DNA from: Flavobacteriales bacterium
Lineage (GTDB): Bacteria > Bacteroidota > Bacteroidia > Palsa-965
Assembly: GCA_040377305.1 (NCBI GenBank)
Contig: JBEIPA010000006.1
Location: 1 to 64,000, forward strand
DNA: 64,000 nucleotides
Direction: 5' to 3'
Shown here: positions 10,224 to 19,337 of the stretch, in pieces
Numbering within the stretch: position 1 is the first letter of the stretch
Layout: every line of letters begins with the position of its first letter
Position numbers and translations under genes: made by a program
The notes under the pieces: model-generated
Databases searched by the model: none
The model's input: only the letters and a program-made list of their open reading frames with translations
Told to the model about the DNA's origin: nothing

Positions 10224-11333
10224 ATGTTATTGCTTGTCGTTTTCTTTGGATGTCGGTTGCAGGCTCAGAGCTATCCCGTTTACGGACCTGAAGTGAAAGT
10301 GTACATCTCCGGATACATGGGTGATGCGATGGAACCGTTTATTTCGAAAGACGGAACGACACTTTTCTTCAATTCGCTCAACGATGGAATTCAAACACGC
10401 TTGTATTACGCAACGCGTGTTGATGATTCTACGTTTACATACATCGGAGAAGTGAATGGAGCGAATGAGCCCATGAATCCACAGCTAAATGGTGTTGCAT
10501 CGCTCGACACTACAGGCAACTTCGTTTGGGTTTCTTTGCGCGGATGGCCGGGTAATATGGACAATCTGCATCGCGGCGATTATTCGAACGGAACGGTTAC
10601 GAATGTAAATCGGATGCATGGAACGTTTTATGTTTATCAGCCGGGTTACATTATTATGGACGCAGCACTTACGCACGATGGAAATGAATTGTATTACTGC
10701 AATGCGTTTTTCGACACGTGTACCGTTCCTTGTACGGCTTCTCTGGGATTTGCGAAAAAAGTCAACGACTCTACTTTCAACACGATTAGTTCTTCCCAAA
10801 ACATTCTTCAGCATGTGAACGATACAGACTATTGTGTTTATGCACCCGAGCTCAGTACCAATGGACTCGAATTGTATTTTACACGTTTTCCTATTGGAGG
10901 ATTCAATACAGAAATCTGCGTTTCGGTGCGACCGACTACTGCAGATACTTTCAGCACGCCACTGGTTCTCATCAATGAATTTCCGAATTTTCCGGAAGGA
11001 GCAACGGTGAACACTGCAGGAACACTGATGTACTATCACAAGAAAACAAACGGAACGTACACGATTTATTTGCGCTATCGCGATCTCACGGGGATTGAAG
11101 AAAACGAAAAGCATTCTCTTCGCGTGTTTCCGAATCCGGCGAATGATGTGTTGTACATAGAAGGTGCATCATCGCAAGACAACTTGACCATTCTGAATTC
11201 CACTGGACAAATTGTTTTGCAGCAAACGGGAAATTCTCCGGTGGAAACCAGCGTTCTTCCCGATGGGATTTATTTCGTGAATGTCATGCGTGATGAAATT
11301 CTATACACAACAACTTTTATAATCTGCAGATAA
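10224..11333 (+). CDS. T9SS-secreted protein with PD40/TolB-like beta-propeller repeats
   Basis: EPFISKDGTTLFFNS and PELSTNGLELYFTR repeats. VFPNPAND CTD. Start uncertain: ATG 10224 gives a signal peptide, while the ORF track start at 10089 runs through a repeat. Confidence 0.75.
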   Translation: MLLLVVFFGCRLQAQSYPVYGPEVKVYISGYMGDAMEPFISKDGTTLFFNSLNDGIQTRLYYATRVDDSTFTYIGEVNGANEPMNPQLNGVASLDTTGNFVWVSLRGWPGNMDNLHRGDYSNGTVTNVNRMHGTFYVYQPGYIIMDAALTHDGNELYYCNAFFDTCTVPCTASLGFAKKVNDSTFNTISSSQNILQHVNDTDYCVYAPELSTNGLELYFTRFPIGGFNTEICVSVRPTTADTFSTPLVLINEFPNFPEGATVNTAGTLMYYHKKTNGTYTIYLRYRDLTGIEENEKHSLRVFPNPANDVLYIEGASSQDNLTILNSTGQIVLQQTGNSPVETSVLPDGIYFVNVMRDEILYTTTFIICR

Positions 11334-11845
11334 TGTTCGATCCAAAAGCAATCATTCATCAACTCGACCGGAACGCTCCTGTGTTTTTCGGAATGTTTCA
11401 TTCTATTCCTACAGACACGCGTAAATGGAAATCTGCTCCGGAGAAATGGTGTGCGTTAGAAATACTTTGTCACCTCTACGATGAAGAGCGGGAAGATTTT
11501 CGTGCGCGTACCAAACACGTATTGGAAACACCGAAAGATCCAATGCCCGGAATTGATCCGGTGAAACTGGTGACGGACAGAGATTACATCGGACAGAATT
11601 ACGACGAGATGCTCGCGGGATTTATTCAGGAACGCAAAGCTTCTGTTGCGTGGCTGAATTCATTGACGAATGCAAATTGGGAACAAGCGTACGAGCATCC
11701 GAAAATGGGTCCGCTACCAGCGAAAATGTTTTTGACGAATTGGCTTGAGCACGATTACCTGCACATGCGTCAGTTGCTTACGTTGAAGCATAATTATCTC
11801 GCACAATCGACAGGGATTAGTTTGAAGTATGCGGGTGAATGGTAA
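11333..11845 (+). CDS. DinB family protein
   Basis: KWCALEILCHL and WLEHDYLHMRQ His-triad pattern. Confidence 0.85.
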   Translation: MFDPKAIIHQLDRNAPVFFGMFHSIPTDTRKWKSAPEKWCALEILCHLYDEEREDFRARTKHVLETPKDPMPGIDPVKLVTDRDYIGQNYDEMLAGFIQERKASVAWLNSLTNANWEQAYEHPKMGPLPAKMFLTNWLEHDYLHMRQLLTLKHNYLAQSTGISLKYAGEW

Positions 11846-11848
11846 AGA

Positions 11849-11978
11849 CAGTGCGCAGTTGGCAGTGCGCAGTAAGCAGTACACAGTACGCGGTAGAGCG
11901 GTAGAGCGGTCACAGTTAGCTTGATGCAGCGTTACTGCGCACTGCTTACTGTGTACTGTGTACTGCGTACTGCTTACT
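11849..11978. repeat. Heptamer-periodic (CAGT-core) inverted-repeat element between convergent genes
   Basis: CAGTGCG CAGTTGG CAGTGCG CAGTAAG CAGTACA CAGTACG faces TACTGCG CACTGCT TACTGTG TACTGTG TACTGCG TACTGCT. Confidence 0.85.
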
Positions 11979-13317
11979 TGTCCGTGGCTTCTACGCATCT
12001 CACAACTAAAGCAACATCTGCAGCAAGTGCGTAATTATACTGCGCGCTGTTCTGTCCGGAAACTTTATAGCAGATAGCGCCAATTTTATTTCCGTACGCG
12101 TTGAATCCTGAATCAGGAATGTGGCTGAGTTCATTGGTGTCTTTCGCAGTGAAGATCCAGACATTGTAATCCGTGCCGGTGTTCAATCCGGAAATTGTGA
12201 TTTTGTGATTCAGGGTCTGTGCACATAAAGGTTGCGCACCATTTTTTGCCTGATGTGTAGTAATGCACGGCACCACGTAATAACGATCCGTATCAATGCG
12301 CACTGCAACTCCCTGCGGAAGTGTATCGCTCAAGCCGGTGATTGCAAATGCTGCGTTGCCGTCTGAACCGCGTTTCGATGGCGATTGCGCAAGCTGATAC
12401 GCGTTGCAGGTGTACTTGCCATCACTGTCGGGCACATCCTGTTCATTCAGATTACGGTACTTGCCAAGATCCATGATAAAATTCCACGCGGGATTATCCG
12501 GATCAGGACAACCACCATCGGGCAGCCATCCTCCTGTTTTAGTAATGTCGTTCTCCGTTTCCATGATGTAACGGAAATAATATGGAATCGATCCTCCATG
12601 TGGTTGCTGACCGCACACCATTAATCCGTGATCACTGAAAACAATTTCATCATCGGCAAAATATTTTGTGTCGGAGAAATCGTTGTTCGAGCCCCAGCCG
12701 ATTACAATCACAATGTGGTCGAAGTCGGTGTCCTCTGAACCGGCAAGAAAATCCTGCACGCCGAGTACAACCGGACGACCATTGACAACGTGTTTCTTCA
12801 TCCACGGAATAAAATTCTTTACCGTGTCCTGATCCATTCCCTCGAAATGCTCATGCGCGAGATGCAGATGCTTCAACACTTCATTGGTAGGAACGAAACA
12901 TGAATTATCTGCGCCCTTGGTGTTGTTCCATATCTGCGGCAACAACTGACAATAATATTGTCCGTTCTTCTGAAACCAATTCCGGAAACCATCTTTGTCG
13001 CCGGGAAAATCTCCGCCGGGAGAACCTTTCGCTTTCCATTCAACACCGAAATAATTGAGCCACATCTTCTCGAGTTCCGGTGAAGGAGTGGTTGCCTTGT
13101 CGCCCCACAGCTTATGAAAATAATCGGCCAGCACCTGCCGCACCATGTACATGGGAATGTACTGTCCGTACAGCAGTCCCGCCGACAAAACAGAAGTTTC
13201 TCCGCAATAACCCGAAGCAGAACTGCTCCAGTTGTTGTCGTCGATGTTCCACATCAGGCGCGGTGGAATGTCGTTAATGCGGACGTTGGATTGTGTGAGG
13301 AAGAGGTAGGCGTTCAT
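11974..13317 (-). CDS. Uncharacterised protein, probable papain/C39-like cysteine peptidase fold
   Basis: GYCGETS (Cys), then GRPVVLGV and DHIVIVIGW (His), then FSD, which matches papain-clan order. No signal peptide. Confidence 0.6.
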   Translation of the reverse strand: MNAYLFLTQSNVRINDIPPRLMWNIDDNNWSSSASGYCGETSVLSAGLLYGQYIPMYMVRQVLADYFHKLWGDKATTPSPELEKMWLNYFGVEWKAKGSPGGDFPGDKDGFRNWFQKNGQYYCQLLPQIWNNTKGADNSCFVPTNEVLKHLHLAHEHFEGMDQDTVKNFIPWMKKHVVNGRPVVLGVQDFLAGSEDTDFDHIVIVIGWGSNNDFSDTKYFADDEIVFSDHGLMVCGQQPHGGSIPYYFRYIMETENDITKTGGWLPDGGCPDPDNPAWNFIMDLGKYRNLNEQDVPDSDGKYTCNAYQLAQSPSKRGSDGNAAFAITGLSDTLPQGVAVRIDTDRYYVVPCITTHQAKNGAQPLCAQTLNHKITISGLNTGTDYNVWIFTAKDTNELSHIPDSGFNAYGNKIGAICYKVSGQNSAQYNYALAADVALVVRCVEATDK

Positions 13318-13389
13318 GGTGTGTTGTTGTTATTGAAAGGTTGATACTTCATGCAAACACAGCGCTCCGTGTTGCATGAAATGTGCTAT

Positions 13390-13413
13390 TTCTCGACTGC
13401 GCTCGAACTGACA
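13390..13413. repeat. REP-like unit (TGTCA..GAGCG.AG.CGA family)
   Basis: TTCTCGACTGCGCTCGAACTGACA resembles the arms at 49520..49584 and the unit near 58417..58437. An adjacent hairpin lies at 13348..13380. Confidence 0.5.
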
Positions 13414-13417
13414 CATT

Positions 13418-14773
13418 TCACACAAACACCGCTGTCAACGAAGCAATGATGTCTGTCTGCTCTCCTCCGGCCAACGTCACCGATACAGTCGAACCTTTGA
13501 ATGCAACGATGGTTTGTCCGCTCAGACCGGTTTGTGTAAACGGTTTTTGACTTGTTGCACCGGCCATACTGCCGAATGGTCCATACTTGAGACCCGCTTG
13601 CGAGTGCAGCGTGATTTGTAAAACACAATTCGTTCCATACCACACACCGGTGTAACCGGTGACAGAAACGATGGGATCAGTGGTTGGAATATTGATCGTC
13701 TGCGTTACTCCACTTGTTCCGCCGTGTTGCAATAAAGTGAATACACCGCTCGTCGTTCCCGGAGGCTGCGTACCGAAATTGTATGAGCCTGTTCCGGTGT
13801 TCACGCACTGAATGGCATTGAGTATATCGCCGGACTGAATGATCATTTGTGTTATTGGAGGATTACCCGCAACAGCAACAATTGCAGAGTCATCAAAATT
13901 ATTTCCTGCAGGAGGATTCGCGAGCTGAGAAAGGATCATGATCTGTGCCTGCTCGAACTGAAAGTTGCCGGAGTTGAATCTCCATGTGAAGATGTCCAGG
14001 TAATTGAACCCCGAATTTACAGCGCTCCACACTTGCTGTGCGCTGGCGTTAGGAGCAGAATTGCCCGGCTCGAATTGTGCGCCATAACCAATAATAGCAG
14101 GCGCTATTCCGGCACTCAGATAGTCTGACAACTGACTTCCGTCGTAGAATTGCGGAGAGACGATATCGAAAGTGCTGTTAAGCGTGATTATTTGATTGGG
14201 CGAAGGAGCAAAAGCCGGCGCCATGGTCAGATACAATTTTTCTGATTGCGCATCAAATGCCGTGCGTATTGCGGTAAACAGAATTTGAAATTGTGAGTCC
14301 GTCATACCGGCCACATCACCTTCCCAGTCTACATCAATTCCGTTCATACCGTTTGCCTGCAAATAAGAAACGAGGTTGTTGGCAAATGCAGTGGCTTGCG
14401 TTTGCGGATCTCCACTGGAGAAAACAGCTGCCAGTGTCTGATTGCCTCCATAAATCATCGTCGCCAGAAACTTGATGTTCGGATTCACCGCTCGCGCATC
14501 ACGCAGCACATAATTCAGGTAATCCTGATTGCTCAGAAATTTAGTTGGCTTGGGTGCATCACCGAGGTGACAACCATTTCCAATCTGTATGGTGAAACCA
14601 CTTGCTGCGGGCACCACTTCAAAAAAAGCAATGCCGAGAAAATTGATGCTGTTGTAAACTTTGTACTGAATCAAAGACTGAAAACAACTGTCGGGACTGT
14701 TGTAATTCGTTGTAGGTGGTTCATCTTCGTTGAGGAAGATCCAGGCGTTAACGCCGTAGGTGAGAGTGGTCAT
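13418..14773 (-). CDS. GH18 chitinase-like protein with C-terminal jacalin-like lectin domain
   Basis: NGIDVDWE catalytic motif. C-terminal GDILNAIQ...HGGTSG...SVTGYTG...YGPFG...IVAFKGS jacalin pattern. No signal peptide. Confidence 0.8.
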   Translation of the reverse strand: MTTLTYGVNAWIFLNEDEPPTTNYNSPDSCFQSLIQYKVYNSINFLGIAFFEVVPAASGFTIQIGNGCHLGDAPKPTKFLSNQDYLNYVLRDARAVNPNIKFLATMIYGGNQTLAAVFSSGDPQTQATAFANNLVSYLQANGMNGIDVDWEGDVAGMTDSQFQILFTAIRTAFDAQSEKLYLTMAPAFAPSPNQIITLNSTFDIVSPQFYDGSQLSDYLSAGIAPAIIGYGAQFEPGNSAPNASAQQVWSAVNSGFNYLDIFTWRFNSGNFQFEQAQIMILSQLANPPAGNNFDDSAIVAVAGNPPITQMIIQSGDILNAIQCVNTGTGSYNFGTQPPGTTSGVFTLLQHGGTSGVTQTINIPTTDPIVSVTGYTGVWYGTNCVLQITLHSQAGLKYGPFGSMAGATSQKPFTQTGLSGQTIVAFKGSTVSVTLAGGEQTDIIASLTAVFV

Positions 14774-14796
14774 GGGTTTGGGTTTGGTGGTGGGTG

Positions 14797-14931
14797 GGTT
14801 CTAACGGTTTGCAAATATGCGATGGGCAGGCTTTTCAGCACTATTGTCAATGCGGAAGACTGATCTTTCGGCTACCACTAAACTGTCTGCGGGCACAAAA
14901 CCCCGCCTATTGCAGATGTGCTGTTACCAAC
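14797..14931 (-). mobile_element. attC-like recombination hairpin closing the ATPase-HNH cassette
   Basis: Minus strand: GTTGGTAAC-A-GCACATCTGCAATAGGCGGGGTTTT ... AAAAGCCTGCCCATCGCATATTTGC-AAACC-GTTAGAACC. It starts about 17 nt after the HNH stop. Confidence 0.75.
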
Positions 14932-14948
14932 TGGCGTTCTGTCCATGG

Positions 14949-15920
14949 TCATTTTATAATTTTTAATTGCTTGCCAATGTCCTTAGCCAATTTTGCTAAC
15001 GGTCTTCTATTAATTTCTGAATCTAAACTGTAATTGCCTAAAACAAATCTGTCAATTAAGCTTGCTGATAATTTTAAATCAGCAAATTCTTTTTTCAATT
15101 CATCTCTTCTTGACTGGTTGTAATAGAGAGATTTCAAAACTAACTCTTCAACAACATCCGTATGTTTTTCATAAATCTCCTCAATGCCAAATGTTGTTTT
15201 GTGTTCATTAAATCTAGGGTCAACTACATTTACTTTTGGTTTTAATAATTTGTAATCCCTATTCCCTATCAAGTACTCAAGAGCATTGTTTTGGTCAATG
15301 TAAAAATCAAACTTGATGTTTGCATCCTCATGATAAGGATGTATATGTGTAAGCACTGTAAATGCCTTACTGCTTTTTGAAATGTTACAAGTTGAACACG
15401 ATGGAATTAAATTACCAAGTGTAAGAGAAAGAAAAGGGAAAGTTGATTTATTGTAAAAATGGTCTAACTGAAAAAGCAATTTCTTTTTTGCTCCGTCTTT
15501 TCCAATTGCTAATGTAAATTGAGCATTGCAGTATAGACAAGCTTTGACTTCGAATCTTTCTGCAAACCAAGATGCTTTTGCACTTTTTCTATATGCAGAA
15601 TATCCAAACGCAACTTCAATTTCTTTTCTGAAAACTGGGTCAGTCAGAGTGTTCATATATGCACCAGTTGTAAACTGTGTAATAAGATTTGGGATTTGAT
15701 CTGGACTAGCTTTGATAATATCATCAAAGTTGTCAATCAAATCATTTATGAAATTTTGTTGGTTACCAATTTTAAGTAACGCTAATGCAGTAAGGTTATC
15801 TGTTGCTTTGTCAAAATAGTTTGTCCAAGCTGCTTTATGGTATGTCAAATATTCATTCGCAAAACTTGCAAACGAAACCAACTTGCCACTGTTTTCAACT
15901 ATCTTATCAATTATTCTCAT
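14949..15920 (-). CDS. HNH endonuclease, PtuB/Septu-like
   Basis: CLYC...LDHFY...NLIPSCSTCN zinc-binding HNH motifs. Overlaps the ATPase stop. AT-rich. Confidence 0.85.
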   Translation of the reverse strand: MRIIDKIVENSGKLVSFASFANEYLTYHKAAWTNYFDKATDNLTALALLKIGNQQNFINDLIDNFDDIIKASPDQIPNLITQFTTGAYMNTLTDPVFRKEIEVAFGYSAYRKSAKASWFAERFEVKACLYCNAQFTLAIGKDGAKKKLLFQLDHFYNKSTFPFLSLTLGNLIPSCSTCNISKSSKAFTVLTHIHPYHEDANIKFDFYIDQNNALEYLIGNRDYKLLKPKVNVVDPRFNEHKTTFGIEEIYEKHTDVVEELVLKSLYYNQSRRDELKKEFADLKLSASLIDRFVLGNYSLDSEINRRPLAKLAKDIGKQLKIIK

Positions 15921-17895
15921 TGCTGCCTCTTTGTTTTATTTCTCTGCTTGATGTAAGTTCCCTTTCAAGAAATGCAATTCGTTCATCAATGTTTTCAATT
16001 CTCTGTTCAGGGAATTTCATGTAAAACAATTCCAACAACTGATTTAGAATAAGCGGTTCTCCAACTAAATCGATTACACTTTTCAAATGCTGTGGATTCC
16101 TGGGGACTTCTCTCTTCAATTCACTAATAACTTCTTTGATGATTTCCTTTGCAAATTCACCCATTGCACCGCCTTTGTCTTTCAGAAAAAAAGCATCGGC
16201 ATAAAGTGAATGAATATTTGCTCCAAACGTTTTTTGCATGTCTTTCAATTCCGAAACTTTGCAATCTCCTGTAATATCATCCTTCTCTAAGAAAAGAATA
16301 TTGTTCTTAGGCAAGTCAGAAACCAAAATTGGTGAATGACTTGAAATAAGTATCTGTAACTTTTTCTTGGGAAAAAGTTTCGGTAAATTTTCATTCAACA
16401 ATTTTATAAACGAAATCTGCCACTGTGGATGGAGTGTTACTTCAGGTTCATCAAGTAGAAAAGCAAGCTCTGATTGACTTGCTGGAATTGTATCTGCCGC
16501 TCTTTTAAGTCGACTGAACATTGAAAGTAAATTTTTTTCTCCGCTGCTTAAACCTACGTACTCAATTGAAAATATATCAAAGATGAATGTTCGTCTATCT
16601 TCTCCATCTTCCAAAACAAAATCATCAAAATATATTTTAATGAACTCCTTTATTACATCTGGTTTTGAAAGAGGAATTGTGAAATCATAATTTCCTTTAT
16701 ATTTTATGGAAGGAGATTCAATAATGAAATCAACTGCCTTTTTTATTTTAGAATAAAGTGAACTCCTAAATTTCCCTGTGAACTGGGCTTTCTTTAAAAA
16801 GTTTTCAAGTGTGGTTCTATGAATTCTTGTTTTGCTCGTAGACGAAAGGAATAATTCTATTGTAGAAAGGATTGCATTTGATTTTCCTCTGTCGCCAAAA
16901 TTCATTCTGTTCTTATACTCATATTTCAATGCCCCGTAAAGGAAACTCACATACAAGTTTGATTCTAATTCCTTCAACCTGTCCTTTTCTCTTAGGTCTT
17001 TTTCTTTTATTGAAGTAATTACTTCTTCAATTCGTCCTTGCAATTCATTGTCGGCTTTCAAAAAACTATCAATGCTTTCCCAAAACCTTTGATAGAAATC
17101 ATTCAAGCGAATGGTTACACCTTCAATGCGATTCTTGAAAGGCAGTTGTTCGAATATTTGATTCGAAAGAAATTCCAAATTTCGTTTCGACTCAGCTGAT
17201 TTATGAGCCAACAATTCACTCTCTCCCGATATGTAATAACTGGTCTCACCAATATTTAGAGCATGATAATCATCTACAATACAATTCTCCGTTGTATAAT
17301 CGTAGTAATGCCAATAATCCGTCTCCCAGGTTCTTGAACTTCCAGCAACACCTTCAATGTTTGCAATCCTATCCATGTTCAATAACGGACTGTAATGAAT
17401 AATTGAAAGGTGGTTTAAATGACTGGTGGCAATCTGTCCTGTATAACTATCTTCAACTTCATGGGGTTTAAGTTTTCTCTGAAATTTATCTCTATTATAA
17501 TTTACCAACTCAACATTTGGGACTTCCTTCAAATCAAAATATTTGATTTCAGAAATTGATTTGCCAAAATGAATTCCCTTGCGATTGAAAATGAATTTGT
17601 CAGTGATAATAAAACCGTCAAAATAATAACTCGGTTTTGTCATTATGTTTTGAATCAGGATTTCTAAAAGAGTTGACTTGCCCGAACCATTCTCGCCAAT
17701 GATTGCCTTTATGTCCTCAATCTGCTCATTAAAAAGTTTTGGGTTTCTTTTTTTTACGCATTCAAGTCTGCCTACAATTTCTTTTGTTTTAGGGCTGTCC
17801 TTCTCTATTGTAAAACTGAATTCATAGAGAGAACTCAAATTGAATCCTATCTTTTTAATATGGTTGTATTTGTTTACCCAGAGATATAAGAGCAT
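15907..17895 (-). CDS. ABC-type (AAA_15/AAA_21) ATPase, PtuA/Septu-like
   Basis: Walker A GENGSGKST, signature LSSGE, Walker B LLDEPE, SSHSP H-loop, and a TFGANI C-terminal motif. Confidence 0.85.
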   Translation of the reverse strand: MLLYLWVNKYNHIKKIGFNLSSLYEFSFTIEKDSPKTKEIVGRLECVKKRNPKLFNEQIEDIKAIIGENGSGKSTLLEILIQNIMTKPSYYFDGFIITDKFIFNRKGIHFGKSISEIKYFDLKEVPNVELVNYNRDKFQRKLKPHEVEDSYTGQIATSHLNHLSIIHYSPLLNMDRIANIEGVAGSSRTWETDYWHYYDYTTENCIVDDYHALNIGETSYYISGESELLAHKSAESKRNLEFLSNQIFEQLPFKNRIEGVTIRLNDFYQRFWESIDSFLKADNELQGRIEEVITSIKEKDLREKDRLKELESNLYVSFLYGALKYEYKNRMNFGDRGKSNAILSTIELFLSSTSKTRIHRTTLENFLKKAQFTGKFRSSLYSKIKKAVDFIIESPSIKYKGNYDFTIPLSKPDVIKEFIKIYFDDFVLEDGEDRRTFIFDIFSIEYVGLSSGEKNLLSMFSRLKRAADTIPASQSELAFLLDEPEVTLHPQWQISFIKLLNENLPKLFPKKKLQILISSHSPILVSDLPKNNILFLEKDDITGDCKVSELKDMQKTFGANIHSLYADAFFLKDKGGAMGEFAKEIIKEVISELKREVPRNPQHLKSVIDLVGEPLILNQLLELFYMKFPEQRIENIDERIAFLERELTSSREIKQRGSNENN

Positions 17896-17968
17896 AAATG
17901 TTAAGTCTTAATAATTCTTGCCAAGATGTTTGTATCTATTACTATTGTTGTGTTCTCGTTATACGCTT

Positions 17969-18086
17969 GCTGGTAACGTTTTCAGGCTTCGCGTTGGTGG
18001 GCTTTTGGAACACTAAAGTTTATTAATCGCTCAAATGTTGATACTCGCACTATACGCCCACTAACGCAAAACCCGTGTTAGCAGTT
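17969..18086 (-). mobile_element. attC-like recombination hairpin closing the Lit cassette
   Basis: Minus strand: AACTGCTAAC-A-CGGGTTTTGCGTTAGTGGGC ... GCCCACCAACGCGAAGCCTG-AAAAC-GTTACCAGC. It starts 4 nt after the stop and has the same 1-vs-5 nt bulge as 14797..14931. Confidence 0.78.
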
Positions 18087-18090
18087 GTTA

Positions 18091-19227
18091 TTATACCAAT
18101 TCTACATACGTCTTGTCATTCAAGTCTTTTCTAATTATATTCCAATGTGCAAGAACTTGAGGAACATACTCTTTACCATTATTTATGGCTGCAAGATATT
18201 CTTCTTTATCAATAGCATTTCCTGTTATATATTTATAGGTTGTCTCAAGCACTATCGCTAGTTCTCCATAGATTGCTTTTGAAAATGATTCATACTGCTT
18301 TGGATAATATGCTTTTAAGTATTCATCAACGGTGGCAAGAATCATAGTTTGTCTCACCCTCGGATGAGGATGTGTTTGGACTTTAGAATCGATACTTCTG
18401 TAAATACTAGACTCGACCATTATGCGTGTAAGAGTCAGTACTGCTAACGACCAATTAAATATTGTTCTATCGAAGTCAACATAAAATTCCTTCCTATCCT
18501 CGGAAACACTTTGTTCCCCTAAATGTCTTTTTACTGCATTTACTAATCCTTTACAAACAGCTAAGCAATCGGCATCCATTTCTAAAGTTTGAATAGTTAA
18601 AATATCATCTTCGGAAATGGCTTTAATATTTCGCTCCTCATAAATATTCGTTCCAAAACGAGTCTTAATGAAATCAAGATGCCCATTAATTATATGAGTC
18701 AATTCGTGAGCTACTAGAAAATCGACAGACACATCAACCAAATGCCTAGCATACGCTTGCCTAATCTTATCATTTGGAATAGCCATTTGATAAGCATTGT
18801 AGTCAATATCGCCACATGTAACCAAAAGATTTGCGTCTAAATAGTAATTTCTTATTGTTGGACTATTTTTTGTTTCCAAAGAAGTGTCTCCAACTTCACC
18901 TAACACGAGAGGATTCGAAAGCATTCTGAAGAACAGGTCGTATAGTATTACTACAGCCCCCGCATTTATTCCAATAAAATAAAATCCATCATTTGTTTTC
19001 GCGGCAATAGCATTAAATTCTGGACTATCTATAAAGTCAAAATGAATATTAGGAGGGCTCTTTATTAAGCTCTCGTGATTTCTACAACTCTCAATATATT
19101 TAATTGCTCTGTTTCTATAGTACTCAAAAACAGCAAAACTATCTTTAGACAATTTCTCTGTCTTAAAAAGGCCACCTTTGTCTTTAAAAGTTTTATCAAA
19201 CAATATCTTTTGATCGTTTTCGAACAT
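18091..19227 (-). CDS. HEXXH metallopeptidase, Lit/peptidase U49-like
   Basis: FNAIA, AHELTHIINGH, EMDAD and THPHPRVR motifs. AT-rich. No signal peptide. Confidence 0.75.
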   Translation of the reverse strand: MFENDQKILFDKTFKDKGGLFKTEKLSKDSFAVFEYYRNRAIKYIESCRNHESLIKSPPNIHFDFIDSPEFNAIAAKTNDGFYFIGINAGAVVILYDLFFRMLSNPLVLGEVGDTSLETKNSPTIRNYYLDANLLVTCGDIDYNAYQMAIPNDKIRQAYARHLVDVSVDFLVAHELTHIINGHLDFIKTRFGTNIYEERNIKAISEDDILTIQTLEMDADCLAVCKGLVNAVKRHLGEQSVSEDRKEFYVDFDRTIFNWSLAVLTLTRIMVESSIYRSIDSKVQTHPHPRVRQTMILATVDEYLKAYYPKQYESFSKAIYGELAIVLETTYKYITGNAIDKEEYLAAINNGKEYVPQVLAHWNIIRKDLNDKTYVELV

Positions 19228-19245
19228 TTCGATTGTTTACATTAT

Positions 19246-19312
19246 AACTGCTAACTCTATAATTATTCTGTATTTAATAGAACTATCCCCTGCTATCCCA
19301 AACATTGTTGGC
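19246..19312 (-). mobile_element. Putative attI-like entry site of the cassette array
   Basis: Minus strand ...GGGGATAGTTCTATTAAATACAGAATAATTATAGA-GTTAGCAGTT. It has a GTTA core without a long hairpin and marks the boundary of the AT-rich tract. Confidence 0.5.
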
Positions 19313-19337
19313 ACAGCATCGCGAGAACTATTTTTCC

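Noticed and set aside
11974-14773. GH18 and peptidase genes as a third cassette
   Set aside because: They follow the last GTTA, but I found no closing TAAC...GTTA hairpin after either gene, and their composition matches the host.
17969-18086. attC-like hairpins as plain intrinsic terminators
   Set aside because: They are over 115 bp, imperfect, lack a U-tract on the coding strand, and show cassette-specific end complementarity.
14949-19227. Retron (Ec78-like) or Gabija system
   Set aside because: No reverse transcriptase ORF is present. The ATPase lacks an evident TOPRIM domain and its partner is an HNH nuclease, not a UvrD helicase.
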